Source of the DNA: Nostoc sp.
GTDB lineage: Bacteria > Cyanobacteriota > Cyanobacteriia > Cyanobacteriales > Nostocaceae
Length of the DNA: 64,000 bases
Direction of reading: 5' to 3'
NCBI RefSeq assembly: GCF_036917095.1
Contig: NZ_JBALFH010000002.1
Location: 35,074-99,073, forward strand
How positions within the stretch are numbered: position 1 is the first letter of the stretch; each line of letters starts with the position of its first letter. A program made the position numbers and the translations under genes. The notes under the pieces are model-generated. The model worked only from the letters and a program-made list of their open reading frames with translations, was not told the DNA's origin and did not search any database. Below, one piece after another: positions 55,639 to 64,000 of this stretch.

Positions 55639-57285
55639 ATGTCTTACGTCTCCCTGCTGAAAAATATACCAGATATCTTAAGCCAGCCAATTGGGATAGC
55701 AGCTATAGCCTCCCTTGGCATCCACGGTGCGATCGCCATGCTTGTGCCATTGATGCCTATGGAGTCTAACAAGCCCAAAGAAACAGCATCTTCCAAAACA
55801 GTCGGATTATTGGAATTGAGCCAAGCCGACCAAAACCGTTTGCCGCAAACCACACCCCAAGTTGGTTTACAACAATTACCTCCAATAGCAACACTTTCTG
55901 CTCCTAACTTTAACGCCCAAAGTGTATTGCCGCCATTGGCACCAGGGGCATCTGGTCAACTAGGAATGCCTCCGCTATCCCCATCATCGAATAATTATCC
56001 GGTTTCTTCCTTACCTTCAAGGCAGACTTTGCGGATGATTCCTAGTGACAATTTGCGATTTGACGCCTCTAAATTTGACAGTTCTAAATACAATACCAAC
56101 GTTAAATTTTCTCCATCAGTTCCTCGTGTGAATGTCAGTGACACTAAATACGAGCCACCTAAGCTGCTGGCTGCAAACAGATTCCCAGAATTGCAGTCGC
56201 GGCAAATACCTGATGATATTATGCAAAAGCCGCTGCCTGTAAATAGATTGCCAGTATTGCAGTCGCAGCAAATACCTGATGATATTCTACGGAATACCCA
56301 ATCTCCAAACTTATCTGACACTACCTCCGTTGCAACAGTACAGGGAAATAGGGCTTCACAAATGATGCAATCGGGTAATGATGTGTCTAGAATTGCTCCA
56401 AACCCGCTGATAACTTCTCTAAAACAAGCTCCAAGTAGTGGGGATACTTTAATTGGAAGTAGGGTAAGCACGCCCCAGACAGCCGATTTATCGGCGAAGG
56501 GAACTCAACTGGCGATGATCGGCCAGCTAGACTCCTACGCGAACCTGAGAAAAGAAGTCCAGCGAGAATACCCGAATGCTGAACAAAAGCCAGTTATTCG
56601 TCAAACATTACCTGCGGATAAGCAGAATCTTGAAGGGGCTGTTTTAGGTGTATTAGTGGTAGATCCTGATGGCAAGGTCTTAGATATCAAGTTTCAAGAC
56701 AAGTTAGTTTCCCCAGAATTGAAATTAAAAGCAAGGGAATACTTTAACAAGCAATCCCCCAAGGGAGATAAACAGATCAGTTCCTATCCATTTAACCTGC
56801 TTTTCCAAAAAAACAGTAGCAATACTATTGGAACTACTCAACAGCTAAGACCTTCATCATTATCTGCGCCGGGAATCAATAAGAATCAGCTTACCCCCTC
56901 ACCAACAGCTACTTTTAAACCATTACCCAATCTGCAAATCAGAAATAGCCAGCCTGCGTCTTCAGCAACAGGTACTCTCAAACCATTAACTGCACCAAGA
57001 GTCAATAGCAATCAGCCTGAGTTCTCACCGATAGCTACTCCCAAACCATTATCTGAACTGCCAATCAGAAATAGCCAACCTGCGTCTTCACCAGCAGGTA
57101 ATCTTAAACCATTATTTGCACCGGGAGTAAATAGCAATCAACTTACGCCCTCACCAGCAGTTACCTCTAAACCATTATCTGAAAATAAGAGTCAGTCTAC
57201 AACCTCCGCTGCATCCGATCAAAAATTAGTAGAACGGCTGCGCGAAGTGAAGGAAAACAGACAAAAATCTAATTCAGAACAATAA
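55639..57285 (+). CDS. Membrane-anchored Pro/Ser/Gln-rich repeat protein with a TonB_C-like segment
   Basis: 548 aa with an N-terminal TM (IGIAAIASLGIHGAIAMLVPLM). Internal repeats include FPELQSRQIPDDIM / LPVLQSQQIPDDIL and about 30-aa xKPLx units near the C-terminus. The central segment AVLGVLVVDPDGKVLDIKF resembles TonB C-terminal domains. Confidence 0.5.
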   Translation: MSYVSLLKNIPDILSQPIGIAAIASLGIHGAIAMLVPLMPMESNKPKETASSKTVGLLELSQADQNRLPQTTPQVGLQQLPPIATLSAPNFNAQSVLPPLAPGASGQLGMPPLSPSSNNYPVSSLPSRQTLRMIPSDNLRFDASKFDSSKYNTNVKFSPSVPRVNVSDTKYEPPKLLAANRFPELQSRQIPDDIMQKPLPVNRLPVLQSQQIPDDILRNTQSPNLSDTTSVATVQGNRASQMMQSGNDVSRIAPNPLITSLKQAPSSGDTLIGSRVSTPQTADLSAKGTQLAMIGQLDSYANLRKEVQREYPNAEQKPVIRQTLPADKQNLEGAVLGVLVVDPDGKVLDIKFQDKLVSPELKLKAREYFNKQSPKGDKQISSYPFNLLFQKNSSNTIGTTQQLRPSSLSAPGINKNQLTPSPTATFKPLPNLQIRNSQPASSATGTLKPLTAPRVNSNQPEFSPIATPKPLSELPIRNSQPASSPAGNLKPLFAPGVNSNQLTPSPAVTSKPLSENKSQSTTSAASDQKLVERLREVKENRQKSNSEQ

Positions 57286-57497
57286 TCACCCGCTGGTGAT
57301 TTTGGATTAAGAAGAAGCTAAAAGTTATGAATGATAAAGACTCTGAATTTATCATTCATCTTTAAAATATCTTTTTTGGGAGTTGACGAACTGGCGATCG
57401 CTAGTTCGTCATATTCTATATAACTAAGTTTGAAATTCGTTACAAGCTTATACCTATAAATACACTTAGGTATTTCCAACAAATAAATTCTCCAATT

Positions 57498-57553
57498 TTG
57501 TGGGGTGGGTATCTCACCCGCCTTTAATTAGTGGCGAGATGCCTACCCCACAA
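57498..57553. repeat. Imperfect inverted repeat downstream of petJ (terminator-like)
   Basis: ttgtggggtgggtatctcacccgcc ... ggcgagatgcctaccccacaa. Confidence 0.6.
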
Positions 57554-57574
57554 GAAGTATACGGTACAGTTACT

Positions 57575-57949
57575 TTACCAGCCTTGCTCTGCATTCTGAA
57601 AAACGTAAGCAGCTACCTCCAGAATCTCCTCAGGACTTAACTTGCCTTTAAAGGCAGGCATAGCATTTTTTCCATTTTGTACTTGGTGGATAATCGCCTC
57701 GATGGAGTCGCTATCATAATTTTCTAGGTACTTTGACAATGCTTCCTGTTTCAAGGTCTTCTGGCTGATAAGGATATTTCCGCCACCTATATGGCAAGAA
57801 GCGCAGTTAGCCTCGAAAATTTTAGCACCGTTGGATATTTCGGCAGCTAGTGCTGGACTAATGAATGTCAATTTGAATAAAGCGATCGCTGACAGTAGAA
57901 TTAATAAAAGTATTCTCAACAGAATTTCCTCGCAAGAAGCCTCCAGCAA
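57575..57949 (-). CDS. petJ: Cytochrome c6 (or c6-like) precursor
   Basis: 124 aa. The signal peptide ends [10 protein letters not shown]. The heme site is CASCH and the distal Met lies in NAMPAF. Confidence 0.85.
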   Translation of the reverse strand: MLEASCEEILLRILLLILLSAIALFKLTFISPALAAEISNGAKIFEANCASCHIGGGNILISQKTLKQEALSKYLENYDSDSIEAIIHQVQNGKNAMPAFKGKLSPEEILEVAAYVFQNAEQGW

Positions 57950-58142
57950 GAGTATAAACGCGATTAATCCCTAATTAAGTCAAAATTGATCGAAATTGGC
58001 GGTAACGAATTCATCCTTCCATCGCCACAGGTTGGTTAGCGTCTTTGGGGAGGACAGAACTCGTTACCGCCATTTATTCGTGTGGCGTGTTGCTATAAGC
58101 TAATTTCACTGGTAAATCAGTCTTGTGTCAACGGCGATGTTT

Positions 58143-58562
58143 TTAGCCTTGGACAGTAACTGTACCGACCATGCCAGCACCACGGTGGGGTTCGCAGTAA
58201 AAGGTGTAGTCACCAGCAGGTGCGTCTGCTGCAAAGGTGGTCGTTTCCTTTTGACCAGGACTCATGAGCAACTTTTTATGAGACAGAGATTTAGCTAAAT
58301 CGGCGCTCTTAGAGGGGTTTTTGGCAGCATCAAACACAACATTATGGGGAGGAACTTTATTGTTCACCCATTCAATGGTGTCACCTGGTTTAATTGTCAA
58401 CTTTTTCGGTTCAAATGCCAGCATTCCTTTATCGCTACCCAATTTCACCTGGTAAGTTTCAGCCGAAGCGCTGGGAGTAAAAACAGCGAAGCTGCTAACA
58501 ACTAAAACGATAGTCAACACAGCTAAACCAAAGCGTCGCCAGCTTGCTGAAATCAATTTCAT
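58143..58562 (-). CDS. petE: Plastocyanin precursor
   Basis: 139 aa with copper ligands in PHNVVF and YTFYCEPHRGAGMVG. Confidence 0.92.
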   Translation of the reverse strand: MKLISASWRRFGLAVLTIVLVVSSFAVFTPSASAETYQVKLGSDKGMLAFEPKKLTIKPGDTIEWVNNKVPPHNVVFDAAKNPSKSADLAKSLSHKKLLMSPGQKETTTFAADAPAGDYTFYCEPHRGAGMVGTVTVQG

Positions 58563-58850
58563 GGCTCTCTCCTAACAAATAATTTTTTTCCTTTTCTCAT
58601 TTTAAATAAAATCAACACCAAATATGACAATCTGTCATAGATACAATTTTTTTTTTAAGAATGGCGAGTAATTTATTGCAAAAAGCTATGCAATCAGTAA
58701 TAAATTCTATACTCCCATAGCCCAAAAAGCCTGTGAATAAAGGTAAACAGAAAAATAAAATATTTTTATTTTTTCTTTAGAAATATTCTGGTTTTTTAAA
58801 ACTTTTTTGTGCGCCAACAGGAACATTTTGTGCTGTCGGTAAAACTAGGT

Positions 58851-58926
58851 ATTGGGGACTAGGGATTAAGGACTGAATTCTTTTCAATCCCCAATCCCCA
58901 GTACCCAGTACCCAATATCCAGTACT
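58851..58926. repeat. STRR1-type heptamer repeats (CCCCAGT/CCCCAAT) with an inverted G-rich partner
   Basis: attggggactagggattaaggact ... caatccccaatccccagtacccagtacccaat. Confidence 0.8.
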
Positions 58927-58937
58927 AATTTTGGGAT

Positions 58938-59429
58938 TTAGTAGTAGATTTTTCCGCCTCCCCACTTAGTGCCAACGATTTTGGGTTGTAACAGAATATG
59001 ACCGGCGATCGCTTCCAAGTCGTCATCCGTCAGATTTCGCATTGCTGTGAAAATATCTGCACTCTTGATACTGGGGTGGATTTCGGAAATCTCTTCTTCC
59101 CCGTCGTATGTAGTGGGATTTTTCAGGTAATCCACCAAGCCTTCAACATTATTACGGTTGGGTGTTGCCAGTGCCAGATCGTCTGGAGTGAGTCCCACGT
59201 TCTGGTTTGTCTTGGTAACTCCCCCAGCATGACATTGGGCGCAAGCGTAATTAAATAAGCGTTTGCCTTCTTTGACTTGTTTCAGGCTGAGTACGGTGGT
59301 ATCACCCTGAGCATTTAATGGCACTGTTCGGGTAGCTTTGTCCAGTTCCACTGCTGTCGCGCTACCGACAAGCAACTGAAACGAGAGAAAAACAGTAACC
59401 ACGACAACGCCAATTAGTCTTCTAAACAT
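58938..59429 (-). CDS. psbV: Photosystem II cytochrome c-550 (PsbV) precursor
   Basis: The start is set at ATG 59429, preceded by AAGGGGA. The signal is MFRRLIGVVVVTVFLSFQLLVGSATA, the heme site is CAQCH, and the C-terminus is KWGGGKIYY. Confidence 0.92.
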   Translation of the reverse strand: MFRRLIGVVVVTVFLSFQLLVGSATAVELDKATRTVPLNAQGDTTVLSLKQVKEGKRLFNYACAQCHAGGVTKTNQNVGLTPDDLALATPNRNNVEGLVDYLKNPTTYDGEEEISEIHPSIKSADIFTAMRNLTDDDLEAIAGHILLQPKIVGTKWGGGKIYY

Positions 59430-59562
59430 GTTTCCCCTTAAAAATTTATGACGCTCAACACAGCTAAGAAAGCGATTCTCAATCTCCAAGCTGTTAATAG
59501 CTAATGACCCATTGTTTTTTGTCATTAGCTATCAGTGATTAGCCAAAGCCCGAGATAACCCT

Positions 59563-59778
59563 TCAGGTGACCTCGTTATCGCCCTCCAAGTCGCTAGTAC
59601 CTTTTGGGCGTGTTTCAGACGATATTTGGGAAATAATTGCCTTTGCATCTTCTAACGCCAAACGGGTCTTTTGGTGTTTGTAGGCGATTCCCAGTTGGTT
59701 GCACAGAGAAAACACTTTTTCTACAGGTATACTGTAGTCGGCTGCTATCTCTGCGATCGATAGGTCTGCAAAACCCAT
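59563..59778 (-). CDS. Small conserved protein, possibly with an IF-2 N-terminal-like domain
   Basis: 71 aa, LSIAEIAADYSIPVEKVFSLCNQLGIAYKHQKTRLALEDAKAI. The family call is from memory only. Confidence 0.4.
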   Translation of the reverse strand: MGFADLSIAEIAADYSIPVEKVFSLCNQLGIAYKHQKTRLALEDAKAIISQISSETRPKGTSDLEGDNEVT

Positions 59779-59865
59779 AATGCTTGTTAACTGATAGATA
59801 GAGATTGAGTCGCTGTAATACCAATATCACGTTAGGAGTGCAATTTGTTGCCCAAAATACTGTTT

Positions 59866-59976
59866 GGGGATCGGGAGGGGGCAGGGGGAAGGGAGCAGGG
59901 GGCAGGGGGCAGGGGGAGCAGGGGGAGCAGGGGAAGAATTTTTAACTCTTGACTAATGACTAATGACTAATGACTA
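59866..59976. repeat. Heptamer repeat block: GGGGCAG/GGGGAGC units then TGACTAA units
   Basis: gggagggggcagggggaagggagcagggggcagggggcagggggagcagggggagcagggg ... gactaatgactaatgactaatgacta. Confidence 0.85.
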
Positions 59977-60813
59977 TTAACCCTTTCCCCCGGTAAAGGT
60001 GACGCTTTGAATAAAGTAACGATTAAAAAAGGCGTAAATACCTAAAGCTGGTAGGGTGAAGACCATAGAAGCCGCCATAATGTAGTTCCAATAGCTGATA
60101 TATTGACCCTTGAAGGTGTTCAGCCCCAAAGGGAGGGTAAACATTTCTGGGTCAAATAGGATAACTATAGGCAGTAAAAAATTATTCCAACTCCCCATAA
60201 ACACAAAAACTGCCTGTGCTGCTAGTGCTGGTTTTGCTAAAGGTAAGACAATATGTCGGAAGATTCCAAAGGTATTTAAGCCATCAAGTTGAGCTGCTTC
60301 TTCTAGTTCTTTAGGAAAATTAACGAAAAACTGTCGCATCATGAAGATAAAAGTGGCATTAACCATGCTGGGGACAATCATGCCTTGGTAAGAATTTAGC
60401 CAGCCGATCGCTTTTAAAATCAAAAATGTGGGAATTAGAGTGATTTGTGTGGGTACTGCCAGTACTGCCAAAATTAAGAAGAACCAAAAGCGCTTACCTA
60501 CAAAGCGCAGTCTTGCCAAGGCATAACCAGCCATTGAATTTAACAATAAGTTTAAAAGAGTGACGCTGATGGCGATCGCTACACTGTTGAACAACCAGCG
60601 CCAAAACAGCGGTTCTTGGAGAAAGATTTGTCTGTAGTTATCGAGAGTAAAATTTTTGGGGAGAAAGTTGGGTTCACCGCCGACAATCTCTGTTAGCGGC
60701 TTAAATGAGGCTGAAAGTGCCCAGAGAAAGGGAATTAGGGTAACGATCGCATAGAGTGTCAGCAAGACATACAACAGGGCTTTGAGCCAGGAGAAGCCAG
60801 AAATGTTAGTCAA
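59977..60813 (-). CDS. Carbohydrate ABC transporter permease (MalG/UgpE-like)
   Basis: 278 aa with 6 TM segments and an EAA-loop-like EEAAQLDGLNTFGIFRHIVLPLAKP. Confidence 0.85.
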   Translation of the reverse strand: MTNISGFSWLKALLYVLLTLYAIVTLIPFLWALSASFKPLTEIVGGEPNFLPKNFTLDNYRQIFLQEPLFWRWLFNSVAIAISVTLLNLLLNSMAGYALARLRFVGKRFWFFLILAVLAVPTQITLIPTFLILKAIGWLNSYQGMIVPSMVNATFIFMMRQFFVNFPKELEEAAQLDGLNTFGIFRHIVLPLAKPALAAQAVFVFMGSWNNFLLPIVILFDPEMFTLPLGLNTFKGQYISYWNYIMAASMVFTLPALGIYAFFNRYFIQSVTFTGGKG

Positions 60814-61718
60814 ATCCGTTCGCCTCCAAAAAGTCGCCGCTGAATCAAAGTGATGGCAATGATGACTGATGCTAACAGAAATGCGATCGCGGCTGCATAT
60901 CCCATTTGTAAATTCCGAAATACAGCTTGGTAAATTAGCAGCACCACAGTTAAGGTGGCGTTGTTTGGCCCGCCAGTACCGCCAGAGAAGATGTAAGACT
61001 GGTCAAAAAGCTGAAAAGTCCCAATCACCCCTACTGCTACCACAAAGAAGGTTACAGGCCCAAGCAAGGGAAAAGTAATGTGGATAAATTGCTGCCACCC
61101 ATTTGCGCCATCAAGTTCCGCCGCCTCATAAAGCGTTTGAGGTATATCTTGCAATGCCGCCAGATAAATTACCATGAAAAACGGCGCGGTTGACCAAATG
61201 TTCATCATCATAATGCCTTTGAGCGCAACTGCTGGATCGCCCAACCAGTTATAAGTAGGTAGCCCCACAAAAGCGAGAAAATCGTTTAGTAGCCCGTCGG
61301 TGTTATAAATCCACATAAAGATCAGCGTCAGCACTGCTGAAGAAGTGACTGTTGGTAAAAAGTAGAGAATGCGCCACCAGTTTTTACCGCGAATCCCAGA
61401 ATTCAGTGTTACCGCCAGAATTAAAGCTAGGACAGTTTGAGCTGGCACAACAATGGCTACATATTCGGCTGTGTTTCTCAAAGCAATCCAAACCCTTTCA
61501 TCTTCAGCCAATCGCGTAAAGTTCCGAAAACCGATGAACTCGTACTGAATACCGCCAAGGAGTCGGACTTTTTGCAGGGAAAGAAAAACGGCGTAGAGAA
61601 TGGGTAAGACTACAAAAGTTCCTAAAACCAAAATAGTGGGCATCATAAACATATACCCAGCCAAGCCTTCGGTGATATTCCATCTGGGGTTTCTGCGCCG
61701 CCTGTTAATTTCAAACAC
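60810..61718 (-). CDS. Carbohydrate ABC transporter permease (MalF/UgpA-like)
   Basis: 302 aa with the EAA loop YEAAELDGANGWQQFIHITFPLLGP. It overlaps the downstream permease gene by 4 nt. Confidence 0.85.
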   Translation of the reverse strand: MFEINRRRRNPRWNITEGLAGYMFMMPTILVLGTFVVLPILYAVFLSLQKVRLLGGIQYEFIGFRNFTRLAEDERVWIALRNTAEYVAIVVPAQTVLALILAVTLNSGIRGKNWWRILYFLPTVTSSAVLTLIFMWIYNTDGLLNDFLAFVGLPTYNWLGDPAVALKGIMMMNIWSTAPFFMVIYLAALQDIPQTLYEAAELDGANGWQQFIHITFPLLGPVTFFVVAVGVIGTFQLFDQSYIFSGGTGGPNNATLTVVLLIYQAVFRNLQMGYAAAIAFLLASVIIAITLIQRRLFGGERI

Positions 61719-61967
61719 TACTAAACCTCCGCTTAATCCCGCACTAACCCGACTGTAGCGATGGGTCGTGCATGATTATTTATCGTACTCCTGTAATAAA
61801 AATATTTAACCTGATTAAATGAGTCTCTATCTTTGGAAAGCTTAGACGCAAAACAACGAGTTAAGAGATATTGCTTGTATAAGTTAATTGTATATGTGAC
61901 TTAGGGAACTATATATTTAGTTTCCTTAGAGATGCTAATTAACTCGACTCAAGCAACAGGACACAAA

Positions 61968-64000
61968 ATGTCATATACAACCTACTTACGTTCGATTAAA
62001 ACTGAACTCCAAAGAACTGGGAAAACTCAAAAAAACTTACGAGTCAAAACTATCATAGAACAGTTTGGTTATCAGCGTAGAAGTCAATCATTCATAGATA
62101 ATTTTAATACTGCTCTTGATGCAATGGGGCTTTGTGCAAGTCCTGAATTTGATTTGTATATTCCATTAGATACAAAAATAGCTATTTCTATTAAAGGTGT
62201 AGAACCAATAAATCAAGTAGCTGAATCTCAACTAATTTCACCCTCACTAAAAGAGGCAATTTCAGTCAAGCATGATTTTTTCTACTACTTATTTGATTTC
62301 GGCTATGAACAAGAATATGAACGATTCCAAGCATGTTTAGATTCTCAGCAGCCAGTAGGTATTTTTTTGATTCCACAAGTAGAAGATTTCTTCTGTGATA
62401 TTGTTGTCAAAATCTTTAATTATGAATTAATTAGAAAATATCAGTATAGCGGTTATAATAGTATACCGAAAGTTGCCAATAGGAAAATTCCTACAAGTAT
62501 TGCCTCAGAAGATACAGATTGTGAAGATGAGCAAGAAAAACCCATCTCCGATGCTGGTATTTTTCAGTTTTATCGCTCAACGATGACCAGCATTATACTT
62601 GGTAATACTGGTTTAGAGTTACTTGATTCTGAAAAATTCGATCGGCAATTTGAGCAGATATCTCTATATGCCAATAAATATAATTCCGAACAGTTTTTTA
62701 TTTTATTTCATTGTCCATCGGTATTAGAAATCCAAGCTCATCAGCAAGAAGATGCTTTAGGATACTTGGTAGATAGAGTTGCCAGTAAAATTCCTTTTAC
62801 TTTTACTCTCAGGTGTAAATATCCAAATCAAGCCTCTATTGAATATGAAGAGGAAATATACGCCCATTTTCGTTTACTTATGGAACTTCCATATTATCAA
62901 ATAGAAGAAGATGATGCATGTTTGCGAGATTACTTTATAGAATTACAAAAGGCTCAAATGCAGGCTGAATCACAGTTATTTTTAAAGATGAAAAATGAAC
63001 ATTTTTACACTCTGAAGTGGCAACAAGAAAGTAAAGAATATATCTATCTCAAGTACTTTGCTATTAAAACTTTGGAAAATCTAGGATATGGATTGTCTAA
63101 TATCGGCTGTGAAGTTGAGTTGACTTCTAGGGATGAGGAAACAATAGATGAAGATCCATCAGATTCAAATGATTATGAAGATTACCAAAGTGAAATCATC
63201 CAAGTCTATGTAAAAAATCAGATAGTGGTTGAGATAGAAACTCTCAAATACCAAGATTTTCAGGATGGTAATCTCTTTTTAGATCCAATTAAAAGAATTT
63301 TAAGAAAATCAAAAGTATGGCCGAATAAACTAGAAAGTCTTTGGTTGGTAATTCCCGGTTTTGAGATAGCACGCAACTATTACCAACTAAAAAAAGCTAA
63401 GGAAATATTAGAATATAAGTTGTCTGGATATTATGGCGATCGCTTCCAGGTTGTAATCATGGCTCCTGATTATGAAAAACACCAATTAGTCCCAGTATCA
63501 TTTGACTCTATCGATTATCCATCTTTTGAGTATGTGGCTAAAAAACCTAGTTTAGTACAAGCATATCCAATTACTAACCGCATCAAAGAATTTAAGCTTG
63601 ATTTTAGCCAAGTACAAGGGTTAAATCAAGAAAAAGAAAAACTAACTAGACTCCTAAAGCTGCAATCTAAAGGATACAATAGTTCAATTGGTGGAATTCT
63701 TTTCTATGGCTTACCAGGATGCGGTAAAACTCTACTAGCAAATGCCTTTGCTAATGAGTCTGGGAGATATTTCTTTAAGTTCTCTCCTGCTGATCTTGTC
63801 AGTGTTTGGATAGGGCAAAGTCAAAAAAATATTCGAGATATCTTTGCTCAAGCTAAGAAAAAATCTCCTTCACTTTTATTCATTGACGAGTTAGACAGTA
63901 TTGGATTTAATCGTAACGAAGACAACGCACACACAGACCAAAAAGCAACTATCAATCAATTACTCATAGAACTAAATAATCTTCAGAATAGTGATGTAAT
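61968..64000 (+). CDS. Large protein with a novel N-terminal region of about 560 aa, ending in a classical AAA+ ATPase module. It is open at the window end.
   Basis: The frame is open from ATG 61968 (AGGA 7 nt upstream; alternative ATG 61932) to the last base, and is absent from the ORF track because it has no stop. The end of the translation reads ILFYGLPGCGKTLLANAFA (Walker A) ... SLLFIDELDSIG (Walker B). Confidence 0.7.
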   Translation, partial: MSYTTYLRSIKTELQRTGKTQKNLRVKTIIEQFGYQRRSQSFIDNFNTALDAMGLCASPEFDLYIPLDTKIAISIKGVEPINQVAESQLISPSLKEAISVKHDFFYYLFDFGYEQEYERFQACLDSQQPVGIFLIPQVEDFFCDIVVKIFNYELIRKYQYSGYNSIPKVANRKIPTSIASEDTDCEDEQEKPISDAGIFQFYRSTMTSIILGNTGLELLDSEKFDRQFEQISLYANKYNSEQFFILFHCPSVLEIQAHQQEDALGYLVDRVASKIPFTFTLRCKYPNQASIEYEEEIYAHFRLLMELPYYQIEEDDACLRDYFIELQKAQMQAESQLFLKMKNEHFYTLKWQQESKEYIYLKYFAIKTLENLGYGLSNIGCEVELTSRDEETIDEDPSDSNDYEDYQSEIIQVYVKNQIVVEIETLKYQDFQDGNLFLDPIKRILRKSKVWPNKLESLWLVIPGFEIARNYYQLKKAKEILEYKLSGYYGDRFQVVIMAPDYEKHQLVPVSFDSIDYPSFEYVAKKPSLVQAYPITNRIKEFKLDFSQVQGLNQEKEKLTRLLKLQSKGYNSSIGGILFYGLPGCGKTLLANAFANESGRYFFKFSPADLVSVWIGQSQKNIRDIFAQAKKKSPSLLFIDELDSIGFNRNEDNAHTDQKATINQLLIELNNLQNSDV

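Overview
This window looks like chromosomal DNA from a filamentous Nostoc/Anabaena-type cyanobacterium. The basis is gene content plus many heptamer (STRR-like) and 'ataactc/ggagtta' hairpin repeats in intergenic DNA. From left to right it contains the following. (1) A CO2-concentrating supercluster: ndhD3 and ndhF3 diverge from ccmK2-ccmK1-ccmL-ccmM-ccmN-ccmO, followed by a CmpR-type LysR regulator. (2) Housekeeping and accessory genes: DUF4139, GNAT, Uma2, mnmE, SDR, a hydrolase, an orphan DUF4231/SLATT membrane protein, a COG1900 homocysteine-biosynthesis homolog and a TPR protein. (3) A GDT1/Mnx-type Mn exporter preceded by a consensus promoter and a yybP-ykoY-like Mn riboswitch with terminator. 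(4) por. (5) A translationally coupled three-gene island (PD-(D/E)xK nuclease, 1110-aa DinG-like Fe-S helicase, 850-aa PIWI-like protein). It matches the computationally predicted but, to my knowledge, experimentally uncharacterised PIWI-RE module, and it is my top candidate for the novel system. (6) sdhA, an OMP-like repeat protein, an ABC substrate-binding protein, tRNA-Ser, crtB-crtP and nagZ. (7) A 3.4-kb minus-strand array of about 28 tightly packed tRNA or tRNA-like genes. It includes five short-variable-arm tRNAs that together carry all Leu anticodons, several aberrant members, and an embedded I-Ssp6803I-type PD-(D/E)xK homing-endonuclease-like gene. (8) A deacetylase, an HNH protein, a GAF histidine kinase, an SRPBCC protein, tRNA-Glu, a CPA1 antiporter, a cytochrome b6-like paralog, petJ-petE-psbV and two sugar ABC permeases. 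(9) An AT-rich segment with a large open-ended ORF that ends in a classical AAA+ ATPase module. All calls come from reading the sequence and ORF translations and from remembered family signatures. No database search was run.
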